Part shown: in pieces, positions 16,657 to 27,026 of the stretch
Position numbering within the stretch: position 1 is the stretch's first letter
Layout of the letters: each line of letters begins with the position of its first letter
Made by a program: the position numbers and the translations under genes
DNA from: Aequorivita sp.
GTDB lineage: Bacteria > Bacteroidota > Bacteroidia > Flavobacteriales > Flavobacteriaceae
Assembly (NCBI GenBank): GCA_048270045.1
Contig: JBLWTS010000003.1
Location: forward strand, 10,069-74,068
Reading direction: 5' to 3'
DNA length: 64,000 bases
The notes under the pieces: model-generated
Told to the model about the DNA's origin: nothing
Seen by the model: only the letters and a program-made list of their open reading frames with translations
Database searches by the model: none

Positions 16657-17460
16657 TTATTCTTTCTTTGGGAAGGTTAGTGTAAAAGTGTGCAAATTTT
16701 TGCCGTCATAAATATACAGGAAATCATTGTTAAGCTGCAAATCCTTTATGTTGATTTCAGGAAGTTCTAACTTTACGGTTTCCTTTAACGCTTCTCCTTT
16801 TCGTCTGGCAAAATCTGGGATAAAGTACAATGAGTTCCCCTTCAGTGCTACCAAGTTTTCGTTTTGCTGCACTATTTTTTCATATTCTTCGCTTGGCACT
16901 TCATTCAAAATACTTCCATAAACATTGAAAGCTCTAAGATACTTTTCAGATAGAGTAAAACAATAGTTGAAATTGCTGGCCTGGGATAATAATTTTCCGG
17001 GGAAAGGCTGCGAAACCACGGTCTGTATTTTAGCGCGGTAATTGTATAGTTCCAGCTGTTGGGTATCGATGTTGAAAATCCACAAGCTATTGCTGCCGGC
17101 ACTTGTGGCCGTGCCCACGTTTAAAAATTGTCGTAAATTGTTAAAGCTGATGCGCTCTATCTCATTGAGTTTATTGTCGAGTAAAACAACGGTGTTCGTG
17201 TCCTGAAAAAAAACGACTACCTGTAAGGGATTGATAATATCAACAGAGGTAATCCGTCCCAATTGCAATGCATTATAGACAAAATTACCGTCTTCTCCTT
17301 GTTTATGGAGTACTCGATCTTTTAAAAAGTAAATGTTTTTGTAATTATCTATTCCTATAAATCGGTCCGCCAACAACGAATTGGAGCTCTTCAAAACAAT
17401 CGTTTGCCCAAAAGCGATTTGAACGCTGAAAAAGAAAAAAAGATAATAAATAGGTTTCAT
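16657..17460 (-). CDS. Secreted hypothetical protein
   Basis: 267 aa with N-terminal signal peptide MKPIYYLFFFFSVQIAFGQ. Its stop abuts the dNK start. Confidence 0.6.
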   Translation of the reverse strand: MKPIYYLFFFFSVQIAFGQTIVLKSSNSLLADRFIGIDNYKNIYFLKDRVLHKQGEDGNFVYNALQLGRITSVDIINPLQVVVFFQDTNTVVLLDNKLNEIERISFNNLRQFLNVGTATSAGSNSLWIFNIDTQQLELYNYRAKIQTVVSQPFPGKLLSQASNFNYCFTLSEKYLRAFNVYGSILNEVPSEEYEKIVQQNENLVALKGNSLYFIPDFARRKGEALKETVKLELPEINIKDLQLNNDFLYIYDGKNLHTFTLTFPKKE

Positions 17461-17801
17461 AATTTTATAAAAAGTCGCTTAAAGCGAAGATACTTTAAAC
17501 GGATTAAGTAGGGGAATGTTTCGTTTGAATTTAAAGCTCTGTTTTTATCAGAAACTGATTTGGTTAAATTTTGGGTAAAATATTTTAATATAAAGGAGAG
17601 ACGTTTAAAGATTTCTCATCTGGTTTGAAAATGCATTGTAACAATGTTTGTTTACAATCGTCTTAACCAATAGGACGGTCTTTATTTAGAAATGAACACC
17701 TTCTGTTTCCTCCTTTTTTTAATCCTTTTAGTTTTTATAAAGTGTTATAAACAGGAATTAACTAATTTCAATAAAATTTAATAATCTTAAATACTTTTTA
17801 A

Positions 17802-18671
17802 ATGAAAATATTCTTATCCACATTCTTGCTGGTTTTTTCCCTTCATTGTTTCGGCCAAAATATTAGCGGCCAAGCCTATTACGAATCCAAAACAACTGTC
17901 GATCTCGACGCTTTTGACAGTAACCAACAGATGACCGAGGACATGAAAAAGATGATTGCCGAGCGCATGAAAAGCATGCTCGAGAAAACTTTCATTCTTA
18001 CTTTTAACAAAGAGGAATCTATTTATAAGGAAGAAGTAAAATTAGATGCAAACCCCGGAAACGCTGGTTTTAAAATGATGATGGGCAGTTTTGTTCCAGG
18101 GCCACAGTATAAAAACCTGAAGACGGGTGAAACTGTGGAAGAAAATGAATTCTTTGGAAAACAATTCTTAGTTACCGATCATATTGAACCTCTGGACTGG
18201 AAATTGGGCAAAGAGTCAAAGCAAATTGGTCAGTATGTTGTTTTTAAAGCTACTGCTACGAAAAAGGTAGATCCTAATGATTTTCAAATGGCGCGTCCCA
18301 AAAGGAAAAACGACAATACAAACGAAAAGACAGATGCCAAAAAAGATGAATCACAGGATCCGATGGATATGATTGAAATTCCAGAAGAAGTTGAAGTAAC
18401 GGCTTGGTACACTCCACAAATACCAGTGGGTAATGGTCCTGGAGAATATGGAGGACTTCCAGGTTTAATTATGGAGCTGAACTTTTATAAAACGACACTT
18501 TTGTGTTCAAAAATTGTAATGAATCCTAAAAACCCTGAAAAAATTGAACGTCCAAAGAAGGGAAAAGTGGTAACTCGTGAAGAATACACCAAAATCGTTA
18601 AGGATAAGGTTGAAGAGATGCAAGAGAACTTTAGAAATAGTGGTGGCCGACGAGGTTCTGGAGGATTTTAA
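17802..18671 (+). CDS. GLPGLI family protein
   Basis: Signal peptide and the diagnostic GGLPGLIMEL motif. Confidence 0.85.
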   Translation: MKIFLSTFLLVFSLHCFGQNISGQAYYESKTTVDLDAFDSNQQMTEDMKKMIAERMKSMLEKTFILTFNKEESIYKEEVKLDANPGNAGFKMMMGSFVPGPQYKNLKTGETVEENEFFGKQFLVTDHIEPLDWKLGKESKQIGQYVVFKATATKKVDPNDFQMARPKRKNDNTNEKTDAKKDESQDPMDMIEIPEEVEVTAWYTPQIPVGNGPGEYGGLPGLIMELNFYKTTLLCSKIVMNPKNPEKIERPKKGKVVTREEYTKIVKDKVEEMQENFRNSGGRRGSGGF

Positions 18672-18783
18672 AAGTTATCTGTCTACAAAATCAAACCGCA
18701 AAGACGCGAAGCGCGCAAAGAAATCTAATCTGACTGTTTAATTCTCCCCGTTCTCTGCGACTTTGCGGTAAAAAAGTATTTCA

Positions 18784-21519
18784 ATGAATAAAATTCTTAT
18801 ATTTCTTCTTTTATTTTTCTCTCTCTCCCTCTCCGCCCAAAGCATCAAGGTAAAAGGAACCATAAAAGATTCCATAGGCAATCCTTTGGAATTTGCCAAT
18901 GTGATAGCTAGCATAAAATCTTCTGGTGAAACGGAAACGTATGGAATAACCAATTACGAAGGCCGTTTTCAACTCGATCTTCCAAAAGGAAATACTTATA
19001 TTTTAAGAGCCAGTTTTTTAGGGTTTCAAAATAATGAAAAGACTATAGAGGTTCCTGCCGATGCCCAAAATATGCAAATCGATTTTATTCTCAAGGAACA
19101 AGAAAATCAGCTGGATGGCGTGGAATTGGTCTATGAAATGCCCGTATCCATAAAAGGAGATACTATTATTTATAATGCCGATAGTTTTAAATCTGGTACC
19201 GAACGTAAACTGGGCGACGTGCTAAAAAAACTCCCGGGAATTGAGGTGAATTCTGATGGCGAAATACAAGTAGAAGGCAAAACCGTTCAAAAAGTAATGG
19301 TAGAGGGAAAAGACTTCTTTGATGGAGACAGCAAGCTCGCCACAAAAAATATCCCTGCAGATGCCGTTGATAAAGTTGAAGTGCTTCGCAACTACAACGA
19401 AGTGAGCCAGATGCGAGGTCTTGGAAATGATCAAGATAATATTGCCATCAACATAAAACTCAAAGAAGGAAAAAAGAACTTCTGGTTTGGCGAAGTGACC
19501 GCTGGTGCTGGAATTGCTGATACTTATGGTGATGAAAATGGTCGCTATCTGGCGCATCCTAAACTTTTCTACTATAGCCCAAAATACAGTATCAACTTAA
19601 TTACCGATTTCAACAATATTGGTGAAGTTCCATTTACGTTTAGGGATTATTTCAATTTTACGGGTGGGTTTAAGAATTTTAATCGCGGTGGCGGAACCAA
19701 TTTTAGAATTAGCGACAGCGATCTCGGTTTTGCTGTTTCGCAAAATGACCGCGCAAAAAGGATTGATGCGAAATTTATTGCAGGCAATTTTAGTTATGCG
19801 GTAAATAAAAAACTAGACATCAGCGGTTTCGGAATTTTGAGTGATAATAAAACTGATATAGTCAATAACAGTTACCGCCAATACACAACCACAGGAGATA
19901 TTGAAGCCACAAATAGCCTGAACAACCAACGAAATCAACTCGGAATGTTGAAATTAAGTACCAGTTACAAACCGAGTACAAACTTTCAGTTGGACTACGA
20001 TGCCTTGATTAAAACATCAAATCAGACAGAAAATGATAAAACACTTTCACAATTTGCAGGATTTGATAATAATATTCAAGAGGTCAAAGAAAATAAACCT
20101 TTCAGCATAAATCAAAATGCAAATGTTTATTACACTTTGAATGATAAAAACATCTTTGCTGCTCAAATTCAATACTTGTATCAAGATGAAGATCCGTTTT
20201 ATACGGCCATTACCGATTTGCTTCCTTTTCCAGAAATTCTGCCGTTAGACGTTCCTCAAAATAGATATAATATCAATCAAGAAAAGAATATTAAAACTAA
20301 TAAGGTTGACGCCAAAGTCGATTATTACTATGTGTTGAACAACATCAGCAATCTTAATTTTACTTTGGGAACTACCTACAGCAATCAAAGATTCAACAGT
20401 AATATTTTTCAAATTTTGGACAATACAGACCGTCTGGATTTTGATATTTCAAAGGAAATAGAAGAGGAAACCTTTCCCTTGGTCAACGACGTTGCCTATA
20501 GCTTCAGGGATGCATTTTTTGGACTTCATTATAAAGTGAAAAAAGGAAAATTCATATTCACACCCGGAGTTACACTTCACAATTACAATCTCAAAAATGA
20601 ACAACTAGGAACAACTTCTACCCAAAATGACTGGATGGTTTTGCCCGATGTAAATATTATTTGGGAAATGAAAAAGAGTGAAAATCTGCGTTTCAACTAC
20701 GCAATTTCATCTGAATATAGCGATGTGAATAATTATGCCGAAGCATACGTCTTTAATAATTACAACCGTCTGTTTCGGGGAAATCGCGATTTGGAAAATT
20801 CACTTTCCCACAGTTATAATCTCACTTATTTCAGTTTCAATCTGTTCAACTATACCAATATTGGCGGGAGTTTAGGCTACACCCGACGTATTGACGCTAT
20901 TAGAGCAAATACCGAATTGGTGGGAATCAGCCAAGTTAGCAGTCCAATAAATTTTGACAGCAATTTTCCAGATGAAACTTTTTCGGCAGTAGGTAGGTTT
21001 AGTAAAACCATTAAAAAAGTCCAGTTCAAACTAGATGCTGCTGTGTTTTTATCAAAAACAACAAATACAATTAATGATCAATTCCGCGAAAGTCAAAGCT
21101 TAACACAAAATTACAACGCAAGTGTTTTGAGTAATTTCAAATCTTTTCCAAATTTTGAAGTAGGCTATCGTTTCATTAAAAACGATTACGATAACGGTGG
21201 TTCAGAACAGATTTTTTTTACAAATCGTCCGTATGCGAACGTAAATATTCGTTTTTTGAAGGATTTTAATCTGCTAGCTGATTGGGAGTATTATAATTAT
21301 TCAAATGAAGAAAAAACAGTTAAAAATGATTATTCATTTTTCAATGCGACCCTTTACTACAAACAAGGAGAAAGTCCTTGGGAGTTTTCAGTCCAAGCGA
21401 CTAATATTCTCAACACGAAGTCTATAAATAATGATAGTTTTAATGAGCAGTTTACAATTACTAGTGAGTATTTCGTGATGCCAAGGATTGTAATGTTCGT
21501 AATGAAATATGATTTGTAA
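18784..21519 (+). CDS. Outer-membrane beta-barrel, TonB-dependent-receptor-like, with N-terminal carboxypeptidase-regulatory-like domain
   Basis: 911 aa with a signal peptide. KVKGTIKDSIGNPLEFANV (CarbopepD_reg-like), a plug-like segment, and a C-terminal aromatic residue pattern (...VMKYDL). Confidence 0.8.
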   Translation: MNKILIFLLLFFSLSLSAQSIKVKGTIKDSIGNPLEFANVIASIKSSGETETYGITNYEGRFQLDLPKGNTYILRASFLGFQNNEKTIEVPADAQNMQIDFILKEQENQLDGVELVYEMPVSIKGDTIIYNADSFKSGTERKLGDVLKKLPGIEVNSDGEIQVEGKTVQKVMVEGKDFFDGDSKLATKNIPADAVDKVEVLRNYNEVSQMRGLGNDQDNIAINIKLKEGKKNFWFGEVTAGAGIADTYGDENGRYLAHPKLFYYSPKYSINLITDFNNIGEVPFTFRDYFNFTGGFKNFNRGGGTNFRISDSDLGFAVSQNDRAKRIDAKFIAGNFSYAVNKKLDISGFGILSDNKTDIVNNSYRQYTTTGDIEATNSLNNQRNQLGMLKLSTSYKPSTNFQLDYDALIKTSNQTENDKTLSQFAGFDNNIQEVKENKPFSINQNANVYYTLNDKNIFAAQIQYLYQDEDPFYTAITDLLPFPEILPLDVPQNRYNINQEKNIKTNKVDAKVDYYYVLNNISNLNFTLGTTYSNQRFNSNIFQILDNTDRLDFDISKEIEEETFPLVNDVAYSFRDAFFGLHYKVKKGKFIFTPGVTLHNYNLKNEQLGTTSTQNDWMVLPDVNIIWEMKKSENLRFNYAISSEYSDVNNYAEAYVFNNYNRLFRGNRDLENSLSHSYNLTYFSFNLFNYTNIGGSLGYTRRIDAIRANTELVGISQVSSPINFDSNFPDETFSAVGRFSKTIKKVQFKLDAAVFLSKTTNTINDQFRESQSLTQNYNASVLSNFKSFPNFEVGYRFIKNDYDNGGSEQIFFTNRPYANVNIRFLKDFNLLADWEYYNYSNEEKTVKNDYSFFNATLYYKQGESPWEFSVQATNILNTKSINNDSFNEQFTITSEYFVMPRIVMFVMKYDL

Positions 21520-21592
21520 GAAAGTATATTTTATATTTTCAACTCTTCATTCCTGTAGAATACTTAAATTTCGAGGTTGAAATAAATTTAAT

Positions 21593-22099
21593 ATGGATCC
21601 ACTATTTAGAAAAGCTGAATCTGCTGATATTCCAAGGATTTGGGAAATTCTTCAGTTTGCCATTGCGCGTCGTAAAAGTGATGGCAGCAATCAGTGGCAA
21701 GATGGATATCCTAACCCTGAGGTTATTGCAAACGATATTGAACAAGGTAACGGTTACCTGTTGTTGAAAAATGATGAGGTTGTCGGGTATGTAGCTATTC
21801 TTATAAATGATGAACCTGAATATGCCAATCTTGAAGGGAAATGGCTGTCTAATGAAGATTTTGTGGTTTTCCATCGATTGGCGATTTCTCAAAAATGGCT
21901 GGGACAAGGGCTCGCAAAGGAATTGTTTTTTCACATAGAAAATTTTGCTCGTAGCAAAGGAATTAGCAGTATTAAAGCTGACACAAATTTTGATAATAAG
22001 CCTATGCTCAGGCTATTCGAGAAATTGGGATACAAATATTGTGGCGAGGTTCATTTTAGAGGTAGTCCGCGGAAGGCTTATGAGAAAAAGCTGGAATAA
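21593..22099 (+). CDS. GNAT family N-acetyltransferase
   Basis: 168 aa. VFHRLAISQKWLGQGLAKELF matches the acetyl-CoA binding motif A (Q/RxxGxG/A). Confidence 0.85.
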   Translation: MDPLFRKAESADIPRIWEILQFAIARRKSDGSNQWQDGYPNPEVIANDIEQGNGYLLLKNDEVVGYVAILINDEPEYANLEGKWLSNEDFVVFHRLAISQKWLGQGLAKELFFHIENFARSKGISSIKADTNFDNKPMLRLFEKLGYKYCGEVHFRGSPRKAYEKKLE

Positions 22100-22302
22100 A
22101 ACATTATATAAAACGATTATAACCGTTTATGCTTTCTCTTTTTGGTTCTCGGAGGCTGGACTTACCTTAAATCTTTCTCAAAATCCAATACCTTCCTATA
22201 TTCTGTTTAAATAATCCTTATTTTTGGAAGACATACACTCAGAATCGAAAGTGAGGAGTCCAACATTTAGTGTCCTTTAAAACATACCTAACTCATATTT
22301 AT

Positions 22303-22917
22303 ATGCGAAAAATTTTTCTCGGAATTGTAATCGCCTTCGTTATCGTTTTTGGTTTGCGGTATTGCGAAAATAAAAAGGACAATCGCGAGCAATTAGAAGC
22401 AAATACTGCATTGATACAAAAAGAATTGAAAAATGTAGGGAAACTCATTGTTACCGAAGGAACCTACGCACAAGTTTTTAGTTTTAGTGCGAGTAGGGAT
22501 TTGCTTTTGGGCCTTACCTATGCTAAAAAAAGAGCGTTGGTGGTCGTCAATGCTACGGCAACTATAGCATACGATTTAAGTAAAGTAGAAACAGAAATTG
22601 ACGAAACATCCAAAACTGTCACCATCACCCAAATTCCCGAACCCGAGCTCAGCATTAATCCCAACATCCAATATTATGACATACAGCAGGATTATTTAAA
22701 CAAGTTTGATGCTGCAGATTACAATAAAATTAAACAACGAATAGAAAAGTCACTCCGAAAGAAAATTGAAGAATCAGAGTTGCGCACCAATGCCGAAAAC
22801 CGCTTAATCACAGAGCTTTCCAAGATTTATATCCTTACCAATTCAATGGGATGGACTTTGAAGTACAACCAGACAATAGTTGAAAAAGAAGAGGATCTGC
22901 AAGAAATCAAACTCTAA
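22303..22917 (+). CDS. DUF4230-like membrane-anchored protein
   Basis: I prefer the ATG at 22303 (MRKIFLGIVIAFVIVFG, TM anchor) to the GTG at 22270. Confidence 0.6.
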   Translation: MRKIFLGIVIAFVIVFGLRYCENKKDNREQLEANTALIQKELKNVGKLIVTEGTYAQVFSFSASRDLLLGLTYAKKRALVVVNATATIAYDLSKVETEIDETSKTVTITQIPEPELSINPNIQYYDIQQDYLNKFDAADYNKIKQRIEKSLRKKIEESELRTNAENRLITELSKIYILTNSMGWTLKYNQTIVEKEEDLQEIKL

Positions 22918-22968
22918 GCAAAACGAAAACGAAGGTTATAAGGTTTGGTATATAATTTAGTTATCGCC

Positions 22969-23037
22969 GTAATCCCTAATCCCTAATCCCCAATCCCTCA
23001 TTGAACATTGAACATTGACAATTGAGAATTAAGAATT
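22969..23037. repeat. Heptamer tandem repeats (TAATCCC x4, then TTGAACA variants)
   Basis: Read directly, in a convergent intergenic region. Confidence 0.85.
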
Positions 23038-23343
23038 CTAAAGCTTCCTACTCAAACTAAACCACCCCCCACCGTTAATAGCCTCCACACCCTGACTCCT
23101 TAAAATCCCCGCCGCACTCGCGCTTCGCATCCCACTGGCGCAACAGCATATTACGGGTTTGTCCCATTTCTTTATTGTAGATATTTTGGAATTCAGACTT
23201 TGAAGCGGAATGTTCTTCGATCCAGGAATAGCGCCCCCATCGTATTCACCTTTACTGCGAACATCTAAAATGATTGCACCCCGACTTTTAAAATCTTCGA
23301 TTTTTTTGTTTTTGTTTCCGAATAAAAAGTCCAATAAGCCCAT
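23038..23343 (-). CDS. Rhodanese-like single-domain sulfurtransferase
   Basis: ILDVRSKGEYDGGAIPGSKNIP and the active-site loop CCCASGMRS. I prefer the start at ATG 23343 (MGLLDFLFG). Confidence 0.85.
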   Translation of the reverse strand: MGLLDFLFGNKNKKIEDFKSRGAIILDVRSKGEYDGGAIPGSKNIPLQSLNSKISTIKKWDKPVICCCASGMRSASAAGILRSQGVEAINGGGWFSLSRKL

Positions 23344-23420
23344 AAGTTGTAGTGTTTTTACAAGTACAAAATTACATGATTTCAACAAGACCTATTTATG
23401 ATATTGATTATATTGCATCA

Positions 23421-23990
23421 ATGGAAAACCTTTCTCGAAAAGAAGAAATAATTCAGGTAGCCGCCACCCTTTTTAGAAATAAAGGGTATAATGCTGTTAC
23501 GATGCGCGACATAGCTGCGGATATGCAAATAAAGGCTTCAAGTCTCTACAATCACATCAGCGGTAAACAAGAAATTCTCGCAGCCATTATCTTAAAAGTC
23601 GCAGAGGAATTCACCTTGGGAATGCAAGATGTTGTTTCACAGAATTCGACTTCCCTGAAAAAAATAGAAAATTTAATCGAACTTCATATCGATATAACCT
23701 TAAATCATTCCGAAGCACTGGCCTCACTGAATAATGATTGGATGCATTTAGAAGGTGAAAATTTGAATGCTTTTATTAAAATGCGGGATGGTTATGAAAA
23801 TCATTTTAGACAAATTATCAAAGACGGAATTGATTCAAATGAAATAAAACCACATCATCCCGAAGTAATCCTATTTTCCATTCTCTCAACCTTGCGAACC
23901 CTTTATTTATGGCAGGAGAAACGTGGGAAGTTGGATATTAATGTATTGAAGAAAGATATGGTTTCAGTTTTGTTGAGTGGAATCGTATAA
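23421..23990 (+). CDS. TetR/AcrR family transcriptional regulator (likely paa cluster regulator)
   Basis: IIQVAATLFRNKGYNAVTMRDIAADMQIKASSLYNHI is a TetR HTH. I prefer the start at ATG 23421. Confidence 0.85.
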   Translation: MENLSRKEEIIQVAATLFRNKGYNAVTMRDIAADMQIKASSLYNHISGKQEILAAIILKVAEEFTLGMQDVVSQNSTSLKKIENLIELHIDITLNHSEALASLNNDWMHLEGENLNAFIKMRDGYENHFRQIIKDGIDSNEIKPHHPEVILFSILSTLRTLYLWQEKRGKLDINVLKKDMVSVLLSGIV

Positions 23991-24013
23991 TTTTACTCTA
24001 AACTTGCAATTCT

Positions 24014-24034
24014 AACTAACAACTGTTAGTTTTG
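24014..24034. promoter_or_regulatory. 18-bp palindrome AACTAACA-AC-TGTTAGTT overlapping a TAGTTTTG -7 box; candidate TetR operator and paa promoter
   Basis: The palindrome at 24014-24031 was read directly. The TAnnTTTG match lies at 24027-24034, 24 nt upstream of the paaE start. Confidence 0.5.
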
Positions 24035-24057
24035 CTTCTAATAAACGACAAAAACAA

Positions 24058-25131
24058 GTGGCTAAATTTCATAATTTAAAAGTTAAAGATATTCAGAAGG
24101 AAACCAAGGATTGCTCGGTTATTACTTTTGAAGTGCCAGAACACTTAGCAGCGGACTTTCATTTTCGTCAAGGTCAGCACCTCACCTTGAGAACCATATT
24201 GGAAGGAGAAGATACACGCAGATCATATAGCCTATGCTCAAGTCCCGTGGATAATGAGTGGCAAGTTGCAGTAAAAACAATTCCCGAGGGAAAGTTTTCC
24301 AATTTTGTGAATTCCCAACTTAAGGCGGGTGATTCCATAGATGTAATGATTCCTAGTGGAACTTTTGGAGTAGATGTAAATCCTGATAATCCTAAAAATT
24401 ACTTGTTTTTTGCTGCCGGCAGTGGAATAACGCCCGTTCTTTCAATGATAAAAACGCATTTGGCACTCGAACCAAATTCCACTTGCAAACTGTTTTATGT
24501 CAACAGGACAGCAAAATCTATTATCTTTAAGGAAGCGTTGGAGCAACTCAGAAATAAGTATTTCGGACGCTTGGAGATTTATTATTTTCTAACAAAAGAA
24601 CGCCGTGATATCGAACTGTTCAACGGTCGTTTTGATGATGAGAAAATGGATATCTTAACAAAGAACTTTATAGATATTCCAGATACCAGTGAAGTGTTTT
24701 TGTGCGGTCCAGAAAAAATGGTAAATTATGTCAGCGAATATCTCATAAAAGCAGGTTTGCCAATGGAATTGATTCATTTTGAACTCTTTGTTACAGGTCT
24801 TTCTGAAGAAGATATCGCAAGAGCTGAACGTTTGGCAAAACAAAATGTGGAAGGTGTGGAAGTGACCATTGTTGATGGTGGAAAAGAATTTCAGTTCACA
24901 ATGACTCAGGACTACGACAATATTTTAGATGCCGCCCTTGCCGCTGGTGCCGATTTGCCTTTCGCGTGTAAAGGAGGAGTTTGTAGCACTTGCAAATGTC
25001 AAATTATTGAAGGTGAGGTAGAAATGAAAGTAAATTACGCATTAGATGAAAAAGAAGTCGGACAGCATTTGGTGCTCAGTTGCCAATCTGTGCCCATAAC
25101 CAAGAAAGTAAAAGTGGATTTTGATGTTTAG
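24058..25131 (+). CDS. paaE: Phenylacetyl-CoA epoxidase reductase subunit (FNR-like plus 2Fe-2S ferredoxin)
   Basis: 357 aa with a GTG start. RSYSLCS (FAD binding), the GSGITP NAD(P) motif, and a C-terminal CKGGVCSTCKC...C plant-type ferredoxin. Confidence 0.9.
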   Translation: MAKFHNLKVKDIQKETKDCSVITFEVPEHLAADFHFRQGQHLTLRTILEGEDTRRSYSLCSSPVDNEWQVAVKTIPEGKFSNFVNSQLKAGDSIDVMIPSGTFGVDVNPDNPKNYLFFAAGSGITPVLSMIKTHLALEPNSTCKLFYVNRTAKSIIFKEALEQLRNKYFGRLEIYYFLTKERRDIELFNGRFDDEKMDILTKNFIDIPDTSEVFLCGPEKMVNYVSEYLIKAGLPMELIHFELFVTGLSEEDIARAERLAKQNVEGVEVTIVDGGKEFQFTMTQDYDNILDAALAAGADLPFACKGGVCSTCKCQIIEGEVEMKVNYALDEKEVGQHLVLSCQSVPITKKVKVDFDV

Positions 25132-25206
25132 AAACTGATTAACAAAATCTCCTGCAAGGTGTTGCCGAGGCACGAGGCCTCCTTGTAGGTATAATATGAA
25201 GAAATT

Positions 25207-26163
25207 ATGAGCGAAAAAGAAATAATGAACCTAGAAGAAATCTTCGAAGCCCGCATTGCGCGCGACGAAAAGATAGAGCCAAAAGACTGGATGCCGGAAA
25301 AATACCGACAAACACATATTCGGCAAATAAGTCAACATGCCCATTCCGAAATCGTGGGAATGTTACCAGAAGGAAATTGGATAACCCGAGCTCCTTCCTT
25401 GCGAAGAAAAGTTGCGCTCTTGGCAAAAGTTCAGGACGAAGCAGGGCATGGATTATATCTTTATTCAGCATGTGAAACCTTGGGCATTTCCCGCGAAGAA
25501 ATGTACGAACAACTTCACAGCGGAAAAGCGAAATATTCCTCCATATTCAATTATCCTACTATCACTTGGGCAGATATTGGAGCCATAGGTTGGTTGGTCG
25601 ATGGCGCGGCGATTATAAATCAAGTGCCGTTATGCAACACCTCTTTCGGCCCGTATGCACGAGCTATGGTACGCGTTTGCAAGGAAGAAAGCTTCCATCA
25701 ACGTCAGGGATTCGAAATTATGCTCACACTTTGCCGCGGTAACGAAGAGCAGAAAGCCATGGCGCAAGATGCGCTTAACCGTTGGTGGTGGCCAGCTTTA
25801 ATGATGTTGGGTCCAACCGATGCTGAATCAATTCACACGGAACAATCCATGAAGTGGAAATTGAAAAGAAAATCAAACGACGAATTACGTCAACAATTTA
25901 TAGACCAAACCGTACCACAAGCCGATATTTTGGGAATTACCATGCCCGATCCCGATCTAAAATGGAATGAGGAAACAGGTCACTACGACTTCGGAGAAAT
26001 CGATTGGGATGAATTCTGGCAGGTAGTAAAAGGCCACGGCCCAATGAACAAAGAAAGAATGAAAGCTCGAGTAGGTGCATGGGAAAGAGGCGAGTGGGTG
26101 CGTGATGCTGCAATGGCGTATGCCGAGAAGAGCGAAGAAAGAAAAATAGCGAAATCAAGTTAA
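25207..26163 (+). CDS. paaA: 1,2-phenylacetyl-CoA epoxidase catalytic subunit A
   Basis: 318 aa. Di-iron ligand regions QDEAGHG and EESFHQRQG. Its position is followed by paaB. Confidence 0.92.
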   Translation: MSEKEIMNLEEIFEARIARDEKIEPKDWMPEKYRQTHIRQISQHAHSEIVGMLPEGNWITRAPSLRRKVALLAKVQDEAGHGLYLYSACETLGISREEMYEQLHSGKAKYSSIFNYPTITWADIGAIGWLVDGAAIINQVPLCNTSFGPYARAMVRVCKEESFHQRQGFEIMLTLCRGNEEQKAMAQDALNRWWWPALMMLGPTDAESIHTEQSMKWKLKRKSNDELRQQFIDQTVPQADILGITMPDPDLKWNEETGHYDFGEIDWDEFWQVVKGHGPMNKERMKARVGAWERGEWVRDAAMAYAEKSEERKIAKSS

Positions 26164-26174
26164 AAATAGATGTT

Positions 26175-26234
26175 AGACTTGAGATTTGAGACGTGACATC
26201 CATCTTAAATCTCTAGTCTCAAATCTCAAATCTT
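26175..26234 (+). other. Intra-operon 18-bp-stem hairpin between paaA and paaB
   Basis: AGACTTGAGATTTGAGAC (26175-26192) pairs 17/18 with GTCTCAAATCTCAAATCT (26217-26234). It is built from inverted TCTCAAA heptamer repeats. Confidence 0.7.
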
Positions 26235-26241
26235 AAATCTC

Positions 26242-26535
26242 ATGTCTGAAAACAAAAAAAACTGGCCTCTTTGGGAAGTCTTTGTCCGTAGTAAAAACGG
26301 ATTGGAACACCGACATTTTGGTAGCCTCCATGCTGCAGATGCCGATATGGCCCTTGAAAATGCCCGCGACGTTTACACCCGCCGAAACGAAGGCGTAAGC
26401 ATCTGGGTAGTTGAATCAAAAAATATAACCGCCTCAAACCCCGAGCACAACGCCGAAATGTTTGAACCCGCAAAAGATAAAATCTACCGCCATCCCACGT
26501 TTTACGACTTGCCGGATGAGGTGAAACATATGTGA
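26242..26535 (+). CDS. paaB: 1,2-phenylacetyl-CoA epoxidase subunit B
   Basis: 97 aa. WPLWEVFVRSKNGLEHRHFGSLHAADADMALENARDVYTRR is highly characteristic of PaaB. Confidence 0.92.
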   Translation: MSENKKNWPLWEVFVRSKNGLEHRHFGSLHAADADMALENARDVYTRRNEGVSIWVVESKNITASNPEHNAEMFEPAKDKIYRHPTFYDLPDEVKHM

Positions 26536-26609
26536 AAAAGAAATCGAAATAGAAGCTGAAATTGAACTTGAATGGGCTCGAATTAGTCTTTTGAAAATAC
26601 GATTAGGAA

Positions 26610-26966
26610 ATGGAATACTCAGGTAATCCTAAATATGATTTGAGTGAACGATTGGAAGATTTTGCGGCTTCGATAATTTCGTTATATGATAAAAAACCAC
26701 TTTCATTCGCAGGGGAATATTTGGCTAGACAACTAATAAGATCTTCTTGTTCTGCGGCATTAAATTATGGTGAAGTTTTAGGTGCAGGTACTGACAAAGA
26801 TAAAATTAATAAGTTAAGAATATGTCTGAAAGAACTTAGAGAGAGTATCCGAAATCTGAACATTCAAACTAAGGCGAAGTTGTTTTCTGATGAAAGTTTG
26901 ATCAACCTGAAGGATGAAAATGATCAATTAATACGAATTATAGTAACAAGAATTAAAAACATATAA
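26610..26966 (+). CDS. Four-helix-bundle protein (23S rRNA intervening-sequence protein / Avd-like family)
   Basis: 118 aa. LARQLIRSSCSAALNYGEVLGAGTDKDKINKLRICLKELRES is the family signature. It is inserted between paaB and paaC. Confidence 0.85.
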   Translation: MEYSGNPKYDLSERLEDFAASIISLYDKKPLSFAGEYLARQLIRSSCSAALNYGEVLGAGTDKDKINKLRICLKELRESIRNLNIQTKAKLFSDESLINLKDENDQLIRIIVTRIKNI

Positions 26967-27026
26967 ATCCAATCACGGATTTGGTTTCGATTTCTCTCAA
27001 TTATTATTGGACAGGAATTCGATGTC

